From Hydrolagus colliei (Eukaryota): a stretch of DNA of 64,000 nucleotides. A program made the position numbers and the translations under genes. This document shows, piece by piece, positions 38,979 through 51,238 of the stretch. The notes below the pieces were generated by a model. It saw nothing but the letters and a program-made list of their open reading frames with translations. It was not told the origin of the DNA and made no database searches. Location: positions 1,426,001 to 1,490,000 of the forward strand of contig CM068771.1 in NCBI GenBank assembly GCA_035084275.1, in the 5' to 3' direction. Each line of letters opens with the position of its first letter. Position 1 is the first letter of the stretch.

Positions 38979-41149
38979 CCTGAGAACTAGGTCTGCTGGG
39001 ACAGTGATTGCACAAGTAACAAATCATCTCAACAAACAACTGGGAATAAACAATTTCATGCTTGTCTGCATTGAATGACATTTTTTTTATGATGAGTAGC
39101 AAGAAACAGAGGAGTAAATATCCATTCCCTCCCACCTGTGCAGAAAGGAAAGTGTATTGTTCTCTGGGCAGTTGATTGGAGTAATTTATGCTATCCTGGT
39201 TAATGTCCAGGTGATAGAATTACAAACAAGTTGCTGAACCAGAATCCTCTCTTTCATGACTGTCTGTCTTTGTATGTGAGTGAGTGAACCTCTAGTGAGG
39301 AGATGTCAAGCACTGTAAATAATACTATATACTATTGTACATAGTACCAAAAGTATTGTAATACATAATATCGAACAGTTGGGTATCAGCGGCCAACCAT
39401 CACTCTGTGTACAGCATCACGATATGAAGTGGCAGACATAAGGGGAGACAGTTGGATCATTATTTTATTCTGCAGCATAACACACGTAGCTGAGCAACTG
39501 AGTGATTGAATGCTGCTCCAAGCACACTTTGTATGGCCACAGTGCCAACACTCTACATTGAAAATGTAATAGTTAACTGAAGAAGCAATTGGATTTGGAG
39601 GAGTATGGAGTAAACAAGAACTACAACAACATTACATTTGCACAGCATCTTTCACATCAGGTGGAATTACTGTTGCTCAGTGGCTAGAGCACTGGCCCTT
39701 CAAGCATGAGAATGTGTTTGAATTCAGGCAGTTCAGGGTGAGTCCCTGTGCAAGTTTCCTTACTACACATGCCTAACAGTAATCTGTCCAACAACACATA
39801 ATTATAAAAATTGGGGATTTCAATCCATGACTATTTGTGGGACACTGCTCTGTGCAGTTGCCTGCCATTTTTTGGCCCACAAACGTACAGTCAATCCATT
39901 TTACAGTATATTCTGTGAAGCATGTTGAGACACCAATAAGATGCGAAATGTGCTATATCAACATGCAAGGATTATTGTTATTATTATATTCTAAGGAGCT
40001 GGTGAGTCCGTGTTTTAGACCCAACCAGAGTCAAGAATGGTCGAAGGAAACAATGGGTCTATGACTAATGCTACCGGCAATGAAGAAGGTCGTGAGGCAG
40101 GACTTGAAGGAGGCTTGGGAGAGTTAAGGAGGGGTGTTGAGAGGCATTATTTTTCAAAAATATTCTGACTATTATTATTGGTTGAAAACCCTGACTGGCA
40201 AACACGTTGGTACATCACCCGACATGAAAGATATGATACAAATGTAATTTGTTACGGTTTGGTAGACTGGAGTGAAGAATTGGGTTTAACTGTGGGAGGA
40301 AGTGGACGGTGGGGTTAGCCTGGGAGGAAGAGATTTTTTTATCAGCCAGGTGACTGACACATAAAAGCATAACCAAACCAAGAATTCCATGTCTTCCGTT
40401 GACACTATGAGACCTCCATGTACTCTCTCCATGGTGGGACACATGTTACTGACATAATTCTGGAGAATATGAGGCACAGCTTGTCAAGATCCAAAGCCTG
40501 GGGAGCACAGAGAGTGTGCTGGTGTTTTAACAAGTTAAATCCGCATAGATTGTCATTGACACTACTTGTTTAGTTTAGGTCCACGCATTAGATGCAGCTG
40601 ATATTAGATTCAGTGGCATTATCCATTTATTTTGTTGGTATATACCTGTCTCTTTATTGATTTGCTGTCTCTGTTTGGTTCTTTATTCCCTATTGCTATT
40701 ACACTAATTCTGCTCAGTGATGGATTATGCTGCGGTTGGGATTTAGCTGCTACACAAATAATAAATGATAATTCTTGCATTTAATATAATACCTCATCAA
40801 ATCTCCGAGACGTCTCTAAGCGCGTCACAGAATATACTATAAAGTGCTTTGACTGTGTATTTTGTGGGTGAAATGCGGGAGTCAATTGCATATTACCACC
40901 AGAAGAGGGAATTGACGCTCCACAGGAACACTGAGCTGAAACATTACTGATAAAGCCCTACCCACTTGTCTCTATCCTGTTTATGCCACTTAGATTTACC
41001 AAAAAGTGAATCTGTATTGCATACATTAATTCTAAAATCTTACCAGCTATATCAATATTAACATAAACTCTAGCACACTCATGTCAACATATTGTTTAGG
41101 TTGCAAACGGAACATATATTGTTTTAATACCACAGATGTGAGTTCGGAA

Positions 41150-41208
41150 TGAATGAGTGAATGAATGAGTGAATGAATGAATGAATCAATCAATCAATCA
41201 ATCAATCA
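41150..41208 (+). repeat. (GAAT)n(CAAT)n compound microsatellite
   Basis: Read directly. Confidence 0.9.
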
Positions 41209-42235
41209 AAACTCACATTTATATAGCACCTTTCACTTCGAGAGGACGTCCCAAAGCGCTGCATAGTTAGGTAGGGACAAGAGCAGGGGGGAGGGAGGGG
41301 TCGGGGCAGGATAAAGAAGAGTAGGAAAATTTACTATATTTGTGAGGAAAACGCGGCAGCCAAATTGCGCACTTCAATATCCCACAGTCATGGAAGTGGG
41401 AATAGGGAAAAATTGAGGAGAGATGGCATGGGGAGGGGTCGGGGTTGGGGGAAGGAGAGCAGGAGAAGAGGAAAGCAGACTGTATATTTGTAAGCAAAAC
41501 GCAGTAGCCAAATTGCGCACAGCAGTGTCCCACAAACAGTCACGGAAATGGGACCAAGGGAGAAAGGGGAAAAAGAGGTTAAGAGGGAGGGAAATGTGGG
41601 GTGGGGTAAAGTCGGGGAGGAAGAGAGAGAGAAATGTGGTAAGGGGGGAGAAAAAGCGAAAGGGGGCAAGATCAGGGAGAAATGGGGGTTAGAGGGATCC
41701 ACTGAGAAGAAGATTCTAACACAGCTATTTTTTGGTAATCATTTCATAAAACATTTGTAAATAAGGTCACCAACATACATGTAAATAAACAGTTTAAGAA
41801 TTTTTAATTAAACATATCTTTTTAAAATTGAAATAAGAATGTTTTTTTAAATACATAGTACGGAAATTTTACTAACAAAATATGTATTGCTGGCTTATGA
41901 TCGATTGCCTGTGACAACATAACTCAAATAGTCATTGACGTTAGGGTTAGAAGAAAGCAGGATTGATCTATTCACTAAGCATCGATTGTCGGACACAACA
42001 CAGTCATTACAACAAATACAATGTAGGACCTGAAGCTGAGGTCTTCATGAATCTGCGGTTACAGCTACAACCCATTCAGCTATTAATCGGGATGCTGTCA
42101 AGGTAACAACAAAAAGAGAGTTATTAGGTGAAAGCACAGGCCATTAAACCATGAAAACAGAAGCCTTGTGAGCTGGAATAATATCACAACAGAAGGTGCA
42201 CAAGAACAATCCCAAATCTCTTACAGACTGAAGCC

Positions 42236-42314
42236 TTGTACACCAGGACTTGTACACCAGGATTTGTACACCAGGATTTGTACACCAGGATTTGTACACC
42301 AGGATTTGTACACC
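42236..42314 (+). repeat. 14-bp minisatellite (TTGTACACCAGGAT) x5.6
   Basis: Five full units, one with a single mismatch, plus a partial unit, read directly. Confidence 0.95.
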
Positions 42315-43060
42315 TATCTCCCCACCCTCCCCCAGCTCCATTGGCTCCTCAGTGGATCCAGTGCAAGATGCTGGTTCTCACCTTTAAATCCCTCCATGGT
42401 CTTCCCCAATCTGACTGCTGTGGGCGGACCTCCTTCAGATATATAAATCCTCCTGCTCTCTGCTGAATGAGCACTTCATGTCCAGTGCCCTACCCCCTCC
42501 ACCATAAGTCATTGAAGTTTGAATCATCCTGCCCATACTGTGACACAAATCCAGTGGGGTCCCTCCAACTCACATCATACCTCTGGAATATGTCCAACCA
42601 GAGTTGGAAACTCTAACAATGAAGCTCCCTCTACTTTGTGTACAATGCAGTAATGATAATAATAATCATCCTTGCATTTGTTATATGGCTTTTCACGTCT
42701 GCTAGATGTTTCAAAGTGCTTCACATAATATACTGTAAAATGAATTGACTACATTTCTGGCCAATTGTGCACAACAATGTCTCGCAAGCAGTCATGGATT
42801 TAAATGACCAATTCGTTTTTTTTGTGGTGAATGATTATTATCTGGCGGGTGGAACATGGAAACATGCCAACGAGATTACCCTGTTTGTGATCGAATCCAG
42901 ATCTCTGACTTGTGAAGCAAGTGCTCTAACCACCGAGCTGCAGGCCTCCACAACAACTGAGCATTTCTGAGGAGCAGCTGTGTTGCATACAGCAAAGGCC
43001 CACAAACAGGCATGAAGTTACTGAGCGGCACCTGATGGCTGGTGGGATCCACTCACCTGC

Positions 43061-43218
43061 TCACTTCCTCATACACCGAGGAATGTTGTAGCTGCAGCTG
43101 CTGTTGGTAGAATGATAAAGAATAATGATTGCGATGTGTGTTGTGACCATATGAATCAGGTGAACACTGAGAGATTTTATACTGTTACCATGTAGTTCGA
43201 GTCCGCGGAAAGATCCTT
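43061..43218 (-). CDS. Candidate last coding exon of the two-V receptor
   Basis: Acceptor ttgattacag at 43219; open in the inherited phase 1 to TGA at 43061. The whole six-exon model is 1089 nt, or 362 aa plus stop. Confidence 0.45.
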
Positions 43219-43547
43219 CTGTAATCAAATGAAATGATTGGAAAGAGATGAAGAACAGAAAGGTATAGATTAGACAACTACACATTTGTTGCCAGGTCCG
43301 TGACCAGTGACAGGCTAGCCAAGCCCTCAACATTTCCCGTAACAGAACCACAAAACTCTCCGTGTCAGACCTTCAGCACTCCCGATAACAGACATTCAAT
43401 GCTCCCCATGACAGGCTCTCAACATTCCCCATAACAGGACCTTAGGCACTCACTGTAAAGACAGACATGTCTATTATCAGGATCCTGACACACTGACTGG
43501 ACCCCCTTGATGCTATAACACTGAAAACAAGACACAGGTGAACTCAC

Positions 43548-43621
43548 GGGTATGATCCTTGATGCAGAATAATTGACATAATCCAGAGCTGGGCAGCCAT
43601 CCTGGGGTGTCCCAGACATGT
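43548..43621 (-). CDS. Candidate cytoplasmic exon 1 of the two-V receptor
   Basis: Acceptor gtttcacag at 43622 and donor CCC|GTGAGT at 43547; 74 nt. Open in the phase inherited from the TM exon (THVWDTPGWLPSSGLCQLFCIKDHT). Confidence 0.5.
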
Positions 43622-44423
43622 CTGTGAAACAAATGATAAAATGTCAGTAGCTTTGGGGAAAGACAAATATTTGAATATTCTGAATATTTCTCACAATCTT
43701 AATCCATATACATTGGAAATTCACTGTTTCTGATCTGGTGCAGCTCAATCTGAGATTAATGTTAATCTCCTTATTCCCTTGTCTTTATTCCCACAGTCAC
43801 CAATTCCTAACTTTTTCCCCCATTGTGCCTGTGTTGGTGCTTGCTCCCCCATTTATCTATTTACCAGTAAACCCTGCTACTAAATCTATTTGAAAAGCCA
43901 TGTAAGTGAGGGATTACACACTCTAACATCTCTGAAAATATCTCCACTTAATTGTCGCTTCTTCCTCTGATGATAACCTCACTTTGTGTCTCTTGTCACT
44001 GTCTCTGATCAGATGATGCGTGTAGGAGCTGTGAGGAACTTGGTGATGTATCAAATCTTTTTTTCCCCAAAAGATTTTAAGCACTCTGATCTGTGGAACA
44101 CCATCCCGCAATCCCTTCACCTCACTTACTCTCTTTCCTCCTTCAAGGCCGGTCTCAAGACCTTCCTCTTCGACCGTGCCTTCTGCTGCCCTCCTTACTC
44201 TTCCACCTCTCCTATTCTCCTTCCCATTCGCTCTACCCCTGCCCTTCCTGCCATGCTTGAGTCCCGACCTGACTTTTCAGCACTTTGGGACGTCCTCTCG
44301 ACGTGAAAGGGGGTCTATAAATGTAATTTTGTTGTTGTAAGGGATGCTAGATAAATTCAAGCTGTTGTTGTGTGACAGCACGACTTCAGTATGGATTACT
44401 TCAGGTAAAAGGTGGAGACTCAC

Positions 44424-44550
44424 GTACAGGACTGTTTCTTTACAAAGCAGGTGTAGATGAGAAAAACAGCTCCAGCACAGGCCAAGCCACCCAGAGCTGT
44501 CTCCACTGTTATCCGGATCAGGGATAACCTGGTGTCTGTGCTCCATGTAT
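44424..44550 (-). CDS. Transmembrane exon of the two-V receptor, with charged residues (R, E) in the membrane segment
   Basis: Polypyrimidine acceptor at 44551 and donor AC|GTGAGT at 44423. Phase-1 translation is TWSTDTRLSLIRITVETALGGLACAGAVFLIYTCFVKKQSC: a hydrophobic helix followed by a KK stop-transfer. Confidence 0.8.
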
Positions 44551-45299
44551 CTAGACAATGTGGAGAGAATGAGAGAATCAGAGCTTAACAAGTTGGGTGT
44601 CATCTGCATATATGTGGAAGTGTACCCTGTATATGCAGATGACATACTGCATAGGAAGAGGAACCGGATCCTTGGGGTACCCTGCAGGTAACCAGGTGAG
44701 AGAGGGAGGAAAAGCCATTTGTGGAGATATACTGCTGGCGGTTTGTGAGGTTGGACTCAAACCAGGCGAGTGCGCTTCCACTGAAGTGGATGACGGAGGA
44801 CAGGCTTTGGACGAAAATGGCATGATCGACTGTGCTGAAAGCAGTGGAGAGTATAAGGAGGCAGAGGGAGTCCTGGTCACAGATTGAGATAATATCGTTT
44901 GTGACTTTCATAAGCACATTCTACGTGCTATGTGCAGTAGTCTACCTGGAACCCGGACTGGAGAAGTTCGAAGAGGGAGTGGGAGGAGAGGTCTGCAAGA
45001 ATGCTTGATTGAGATCAATGCATTCTAGGACTTTTGAAATGAAGGACAAGTTTGAAACAGGGTGATAGTAGATAAGTTTTGAGGAATCTAAGGAGGATTT
45101 TTTGAGGAATGGGGTGATGCCAAGAGTTTTGAGGGGGTCGGGTTGGCATGCACAATACAAGGTACAATATAATGTAAATTTACATTTGCACAGGGCTTTG
45201 TGCATAAAGCAATATAGGACTTGGAAATGGGTTATCAACAATTTAGGACATATTCCCAACGGGAAGGTGTTTATTAGTGTAGTTTGTTGCTATTGGGAA

Positions 45300-45480
45300 C
45301 AATCAGCAGGTCAGGCAGCATCTATGGAGAAAGAAAAAGTGAGTCTACATTTCAGCTCCCAATTCTGATGCATGGTCATGTATCTGATACTTTGATTCAC
45401 TTTTCCTTTCTCCATAGGTACTGCTGAATGTTCCCGGCGACTTCTGTTTTTGTTTCAGATTTCCAGCATCTGTAGTGTTT
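45300..45480. mobile_element. Palindromic MITE-like repeat of the type common in chondrichthyans
   Basis: Internal inverted repeat tatggagaaagaaaaagtga / tcacttttcctttctccata (19/20) with a flanking cagatttccagcatctg motif. Confidence 0.6.
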
Positions 45481-45828
45481 TACGTTTTTGTTGTTATTAT
45501 TGTTGGCTGTGAACTAGTTTGGGATTCAGTGTGTTTAGGCTACAGTTTGGTTTGGGTCAAATAATGTAATGGAATACAAATTTAAATTGATATGGCATCT
45601 TTCAAATTGGGATGACCTCACTAAGTGCTTGAATTCACAACCTAAATTTAGTGACAACACACAGTGTGATTTTATGGTATGTGTGTGTGTGTGTGTGCAC
45701 AGTTTGAGTTCAGGGTGTTTACCTACACACAGTGTGAGTTTAGGGTGTGTGCCTATATAAATCTCCTGAGGACATTTCATGAGATAAAATGAGACAGTAA
45801 AATCTGAATGCAGTATAATTGTACTCAC

Positions 45829-46173
45829 TGGTTACATTCAGCCAGGTCCCATTTCCGCAGACATCTCCCCACACACAACAGTGATAGACGCCAGCGTCAC
45901 TGACTGACACGGCTGTGAGTGTGAGAATGTAGGTGTTATTGGAGGTATGACTGGATGGTTGGAGCCGCTGACTGGAACCTTCAGGGCGTACTATCTTGTC
46001 TCTTATATTTTGTGTTAAAATCCACTCCTTTCGCTGTCCCGGGTGTTGGTGGTACCAATGTACATCGGTGAGGCTCACAGCGGCATTCTCCATGGAGCAC
46101 TGCAACTGGGCCGAGCGGCCGTCTGTGGCAACTGCCAGGGTCGGGAACTGAATAAGGCGTGGAACAGTCGAAC
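45829..46173 (-). CDS. Ig V-type domain 2 with germline-joined J-like G strand
   Basis: STVPRLIQFPTLAVATDGRSAQLQCSM...VHWYHQHPGQ...LTLTAVSVSDAGVYHCCVWGDVCGNGTWLNVT. Acceptor cccttcaag at 46174, donor A|GTGAGT at 45828; 345 nt, phase 1-1. Confidence 0.92.
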
Positions 46174-46364
46174 CTTGAAGGGAAAATTCTCTGTGAGTTA
46201 CAGTGAGTTACACTGAATATTCAACACAACCTAATGACCACAACATGAGAGTTATTTCCCCCACCCCCTCCCCACTAAATCATGCACACGATACGGTTAA
46301 CTCCCTCAGTGTCTCTCACTGTGTATCTGTCTGTTGTTGTGGATTTTATTGAATGTTTACTTAC

Positions 46365-46706
46365 TGGTCACATTAACCATGGTCCCACCTCCATAGATAT
46401 ATCCATACACACCACAGATATAGACAGCAGAGTCTGTCGGACGCACATTAGTGATGGTCAGAGAACAGCTGTTTTCAATGAAGTTTCTTTGTGAATGGAA
46501 ACGGGTATCAGAGTTGATTCTCTGAAGAGAATTCATAAAATGAGCTATAATTTGTTTTATTTTTTCTCCAGTCTGCTGCAGGTACCAGTTTACAGTGATT
46601 GTCTTCACATCAGCGTTCTCCACGACACACAGTGAGTGAACAGTCTGACCCTCTCTCACAGTCACTCGGGGCGGAGACTGAACCAGGTGAGGTTCTGTTT
46701 TTCCTC
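46365..46706 (-). CDS. Ig V-type domain 1 with germline-joined J-like G strand
   Basis: HLVQSPPRVTVREGQTVHSLC...VNWYLQQ...LTITNVRPTDSAVYICGVYGYIYGGGTMVNVT has the B-strand Cys, C-strand Trp, D.AVY.C and YGGGT. Acceptor tttacag at 46707, donor A|GTAAGT at 46364; 342 nt, phase 1-1. Confidence 0.92.
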
Positions 46707-46729
46707 CTGTAAATGGTGAATAACAACAA

Positions 46730-47012
46730 CAACAACAATTTACATTTATAGAGCGCCTTTCACGTCGGGAGGACGTCCCAAGGCGCTGAACAGGAGGCGT
46801 GTGACCCGAGCTGGGAGGGGAGTGTTTGGGAAGGGGTGAAACACGAAGGGGGAGGTAAAAGAGTTCGGGGTGGAACAAAAGGCACGATTGAAGAGGAAAG
46901 TCTTCAAACCGGCCTTGAAAGAGGAAAGGGAAGAGATGAAACGGAGGGATTGATGGCCTATGAATGGAGGAACTGGGGAGGCCGACTAGGAGAGAGTTTC
47001 CGTAGTCCTTAG
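46730..47012 (-). mobile_element. Internally deleted L2 3' fragment directly upstream of the V1 exon
   Basis: DYGNSLLVGLPSSSIHR joined directly to the 3' terminal region; the (GTT)n tail ends at the V1 polypyrimidine tract. Confidence 0.9.
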
Positions 47013-48029
47013 TCCTACGTAGGTACAGATGGTCACAGGGCGACGAGTGATACACACATAAACGGCAGCAGATTAAACACCATCTCTCTGATCAAAGGTA
47101 TAAGTTTGATTTAATCAGTTCTACACATGTTACTGTTGGTTTAAATAAAATAAAAATTAAATTTGTATTTCATTTCTCATCAGAATGACATCTTCAGATG
47201 TTGGACAGTCAGGAACTTGGATTCAAGGACAGGATCGAGAAGGGTGGAGCGCAGAGATGGTGTGAGGTTGGGGAGGGTTTCAGATGTACCTTCAAGACAG
47301 CGAAGAAGGGAGTGAGGTGAAAGGAATGTGGGATTGAGTTATATTTACAATGTGGAGTCCTGTAACTCAGTGGTTAGGGCACTTGCTTACAAGTGTGAGA
47401 CCTGTGTTCAAATCTAGGCAGGGTAAATCCTTGGGCAAGATTCCTTAGTTGACATGCCAAATAATAATCCCTCAAATAAAACAATAATATATTGGTTATT
47501 TTCAATCCACGACTGTTTCTGGGACATTGCTGTACCTTGCCCACAAATATACAGTTAATTTCATACTTTACAGTATAGCATTCTGTGAAGCACTTTGAAA
47601 CATCTAAAAGATGTGAAACGTGCTACATCAAATACAAGGATTATTATAACAAAAATGACATTTGTATCACTACTTCCACATCAGGAGAATACCTTAAAGT
47701 GATGTAGAATCAGTTATTTGGACCTCAGGCAAGTGCTGGAATCCAGAGGGTTGAAGGGAGGGTAGGGGTAGGCAGATGACTGAAGGCATGGACGAAGAGG
47801 CAGGTCATGACATGGGCCTTGAAGCAGGTAGACAAGGTGAAGGAATTGTGCAATGGAGTTCCAAAGGATGAGGGCGGAGAGGCTGAAAGCTCAACCTAAA
47901 GTGGTGAAGTGGGAGGGGTTCATGGAACAGGCTGGAGTGGACAGGACAATATATACTTAACAGGCCACAATGGTCAGAAAGATCAAGGCTTTGAATGTGA
48001 GGATGAGGATTTGCCAATGACAATGGAAA

Positions 48030-48680
48030 CAACAGGAATGGAGTCCTGCAGAGGGAGTAAAAGATGTTGTAACTCAATTAAGTAAAAGGATCTCAATGAG
48101 GGTAATTTCTGGATTATTACCTGAGCCACTAACAAATTTTCAGAGAGATAAGCAGATCGTAAAAATAAATGATTGGCTGAAAGAATGATGTGGGGATGCG
48201 AGAATGAGGGGTTCCATTTTAGGGGATACTGACACCAATTCTGGTCCAGCAAGCAGTTGTACTACTGGGCTAGGCTACATCTGAACTGGGCTGGGACCAC
48301 GGTCCAAGTGGAAAGAACAAATTAGTAGTGTGGATGGTAAAAGTGACGGCAGGGAGAGGGCGAGGTGCCGGGATATTTGGGAGGGTTTGGATAGAAATTA
48401 TAGCAAGCTAAAGATACTAATATGAAGGGATGAAACCAGAGGTCTCAGTACGGAAATTGAAAAAGAAAAACGAAATACGCAGAGAAGAGGAAAAGTTATA
48501 CAAACTAAACACATAACGTGTGACAAGGCAAAAAGCACCATCAGGGCATATGGGCAGGTGACCTGGACGCAAACGCATGTGTCCGTGAGAAATAAACCAT
48601 AATAAATAAACCATAAGAAATAAACCAAGTGGGTTAGAAGCAATAATTGAGCTTGAAGGTTATCATCTTAGTGAACAGAT
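48030..48680 (+). mobile_element. CR1 ORF1 esterase (SGNH) fragment and start of ORF2
   Basis: Reads ISGLLPEP...RDKQI..INDWL...EGFHF...FW...LY...LHLN.AGT, followed by LEAIIELEGYHL. Confidence 0.65.
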
Positions 48681-49701
48681 AATTGTGGCCACAGTTGTTC
48701 TGTGAAACTTGTTGTAAACAGGCTACAAATGTAGATTTTGGCTCCTAGTGTTTACATCACTGAGGGTAGAGTGGCTCCAGGCATCCATGCTCAATGTGGC
48801 ACAAGTGGCAAACGGGCATCGCTCCTCAGAAGCCCCCCTGTTGTGATTGTGCGTGATTGACTTTGTGTTTGTGTGTAGTTATCTGTGTTTAGTTATCTGT
48901 GTGTGTTTGTGTGTGTGTGTGTGTGTGTGTTTTTCTGTGCACTCTTTATGTGTGATTGTGTGTCTCAGTACTTGTTCACGTGCGTCTGTGATTGTTTATA
49001 TATCTATATTTTATATATTTGTGTCTGCGTGTGTGCTTGTCTGTATGTCTCTTTCTTTGTTTGTGAGTGTCTGGGTGTGTCCTCTTCTATGTGACTGTGT
49101 GTTTCTCTATCTCTTTGTGAGTTTTTCAATGTGTCTGTGTTTCTCTCTGTGTTTGTGATTCCCAACGTGAATGTATAAGGTTTAGCAATTTTCACATCTT
49201 CTAGGTATCTCAAAGAGCTCACAGTAGGTGAGATGTGACAGTCTATTTCACAAAGCTGAGTCCCACAAGCATTTTGCAAAAGCAATGTGGTTGTAATGAA
49301 CATACCCACCCTCTCCATTCAGCAGGCTCTTGTCTGTTCCATGTCCCCCACCCGACCCGCTCTACTATCAGTGGATGGGTTTCGGCCTCTCTGTCCCCAT
49401 ACTATGGAATTCCATCCAGCAATCCCTTCACCTGATTTTTCAGCGCCTTGGGATGTCCTCCCAACATGAAAGGCGCTCTATAAAGGTAACTTTGTTGTTG
49501 TAAATTTCACAGAGGGTGAGATTTTAAATTTCACAAAGGATGAGAGAAGCAGAATAAGCCAAGTTGGCAAGGCAGTGAATTTCTAGAAGTTATTCAGATC
49601 AGTTTTCTGGAACAATGTGCTTTATAACCGAAAGGGGACATTTCATATTAGATTTGGTGGTGAGTACCAAATTGGAATTAGGTAACAGTCTGACAGGAAA
49701 G

Positions 49702-50215
49702 CAGTAGTTTCCAAATTGTGGGGCATGCCTCCCTTGGGGGGCGCATCTGTTGGCTTGGGGGGCGTACGGCCATTATTGTTCGTAATAAGGGTAAAGCCCG
49801 CTTAATGTTGCGATGTTTGCTAATACGTCATTCGCCAGCGGGTAGAAAGCGGGCGCGATGACGCTTGGGAATGAGGCAGGCCGGCAGCGAGAAAGTAAGC
49901 CAGGCCAGCAGTGGGTGAGACTGGCAGCGAGTGAGTGAGCCGCGCAGGCAGTCAGGGAGAAACATTGCACTGAAAAGCAAGCTCATATATCACACTAACA
50001 AATTCTAAGTGTTGTAAATTGTAAATATAAGTAATTGGTTTCACAATTTCACTATGTATTTTGTTAATACTTAATCAAACAGATTAAAAACAGGTCATGA
50101 AAATATTGAATTTGCTTTTATCATTTGTGAAAATTATTCAATATGAAGGTGGGAACACAACGAAAACTTTGCTATGTTAGGGGGCGCGCTGTTATGTAAA
50201 GTTTGGAAGCCACTG
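49702..50215 (+). mobile_element. Non-autonomous hAT (Charlie-like) DNA transposon, copy 1
   Basis: TIRs CAGTAGTTTCCAAA / TTTGGAAGCCACTG and a degenerate 8-bp flank (caggaaag/caataagg). The internal sequence is the reverse complement of 63381-63869. It interrupts a CR1 endonuclease fragment. Confidence 0.8.
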
Positions 50216-51238
50216 CAATAAGGGAACATCTTGAAAATAGTGACTATAATATGGTTGAAATTGATGTAAGGTTTGAGAGGGGGAAGGGAGACTTACAAAT
50301 CATGATTCTAAATTTAAGCAAGGCAAATGTTGAAGGGATGAGAAATTAAATAACTCTGGTAAACAGAAAGGTATGCATGTGAGGGAAAAAAAATGTTCCA
50401 GAAGGATAAGAATTGGAAATGCCCGCATGCATGAATACAGTGTACAAATGCTTACACACAGAGCAGATTTAAAGGTGGGAATAAAAAAGTGGTTAGATTG
50501 GAGCGACACTGCACAGTGTTAGCTTAGAAGAGACACATCAGCGATCATGGGTGAAGTTGTGATACAGACAGAGTAATGTAGCATTAAGATAGGTTGAACT
50601 GAAGATTGAAGCACTTTGAGATGTCGATAAGATGTGAAAAGTGCTATATAAAATGCAAGGATTATTATCAGTAAAATGAGAAGTGCAGGAATAGGGATAC
50701 AATAATAATCCTTGCGTTTGATATCACTCCTGATCACATTGTTGAGATGTCTCAAAGTGCTTCGTAAAATATACAATAGTGTGAAGTGAATTTTGTGTGT
50801 CAAATGCAGAAGCCAATTGCGCACAGCAGTGTCCCATAAACAGTCTCGGATTGAGTAACAGACTGACCCCTTTTTTATAGGATTTATTTGCCCCCCGAAA
50901 AAACAAAATCTGCCAATCGACAAGTAACAATATTCTGACTTACTGCTAGGTAAACAGAGAGAGTATGGAGTCAGGAAAATTGCCTAACATTTTGCCGTGC
51001 CCTGTAAACAAACCTGGGTGTGGAAAGATGACTGCTCTAACCGATATGCTGTGGGACTCCAGCAACTAAATAATGTTGTAATCTGTGCTCAGCCTCTAGT
51101 TCAGTATGCAAATTGGACTGCTTAGTCTGCACAATGTTAAAGGGTAAAGTGAGCAGGTGTGTCCTGACTGCTGCCAGTGTGGGTGCCACAGAAAGCCCGT
51201 AAGAAAATGTCTCCTTCCTCTCTCCCTCACTCACTTAC

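Noticed and set aside
42236-42314. Regular short repeats as a possible CRISPR-like array
   Set aside because: Head-to-tail 14-bp units with no spacers; an ordinary minisatellite in a vertebrate genome.
45655-45740. CACAGTG heptamers just downstream of V2 as possible RSS
   Set aside because: They lie in a CA/GT-rich intron, have no nonamer at 12/23 spacing, and the V exons already contain their J-like strands.
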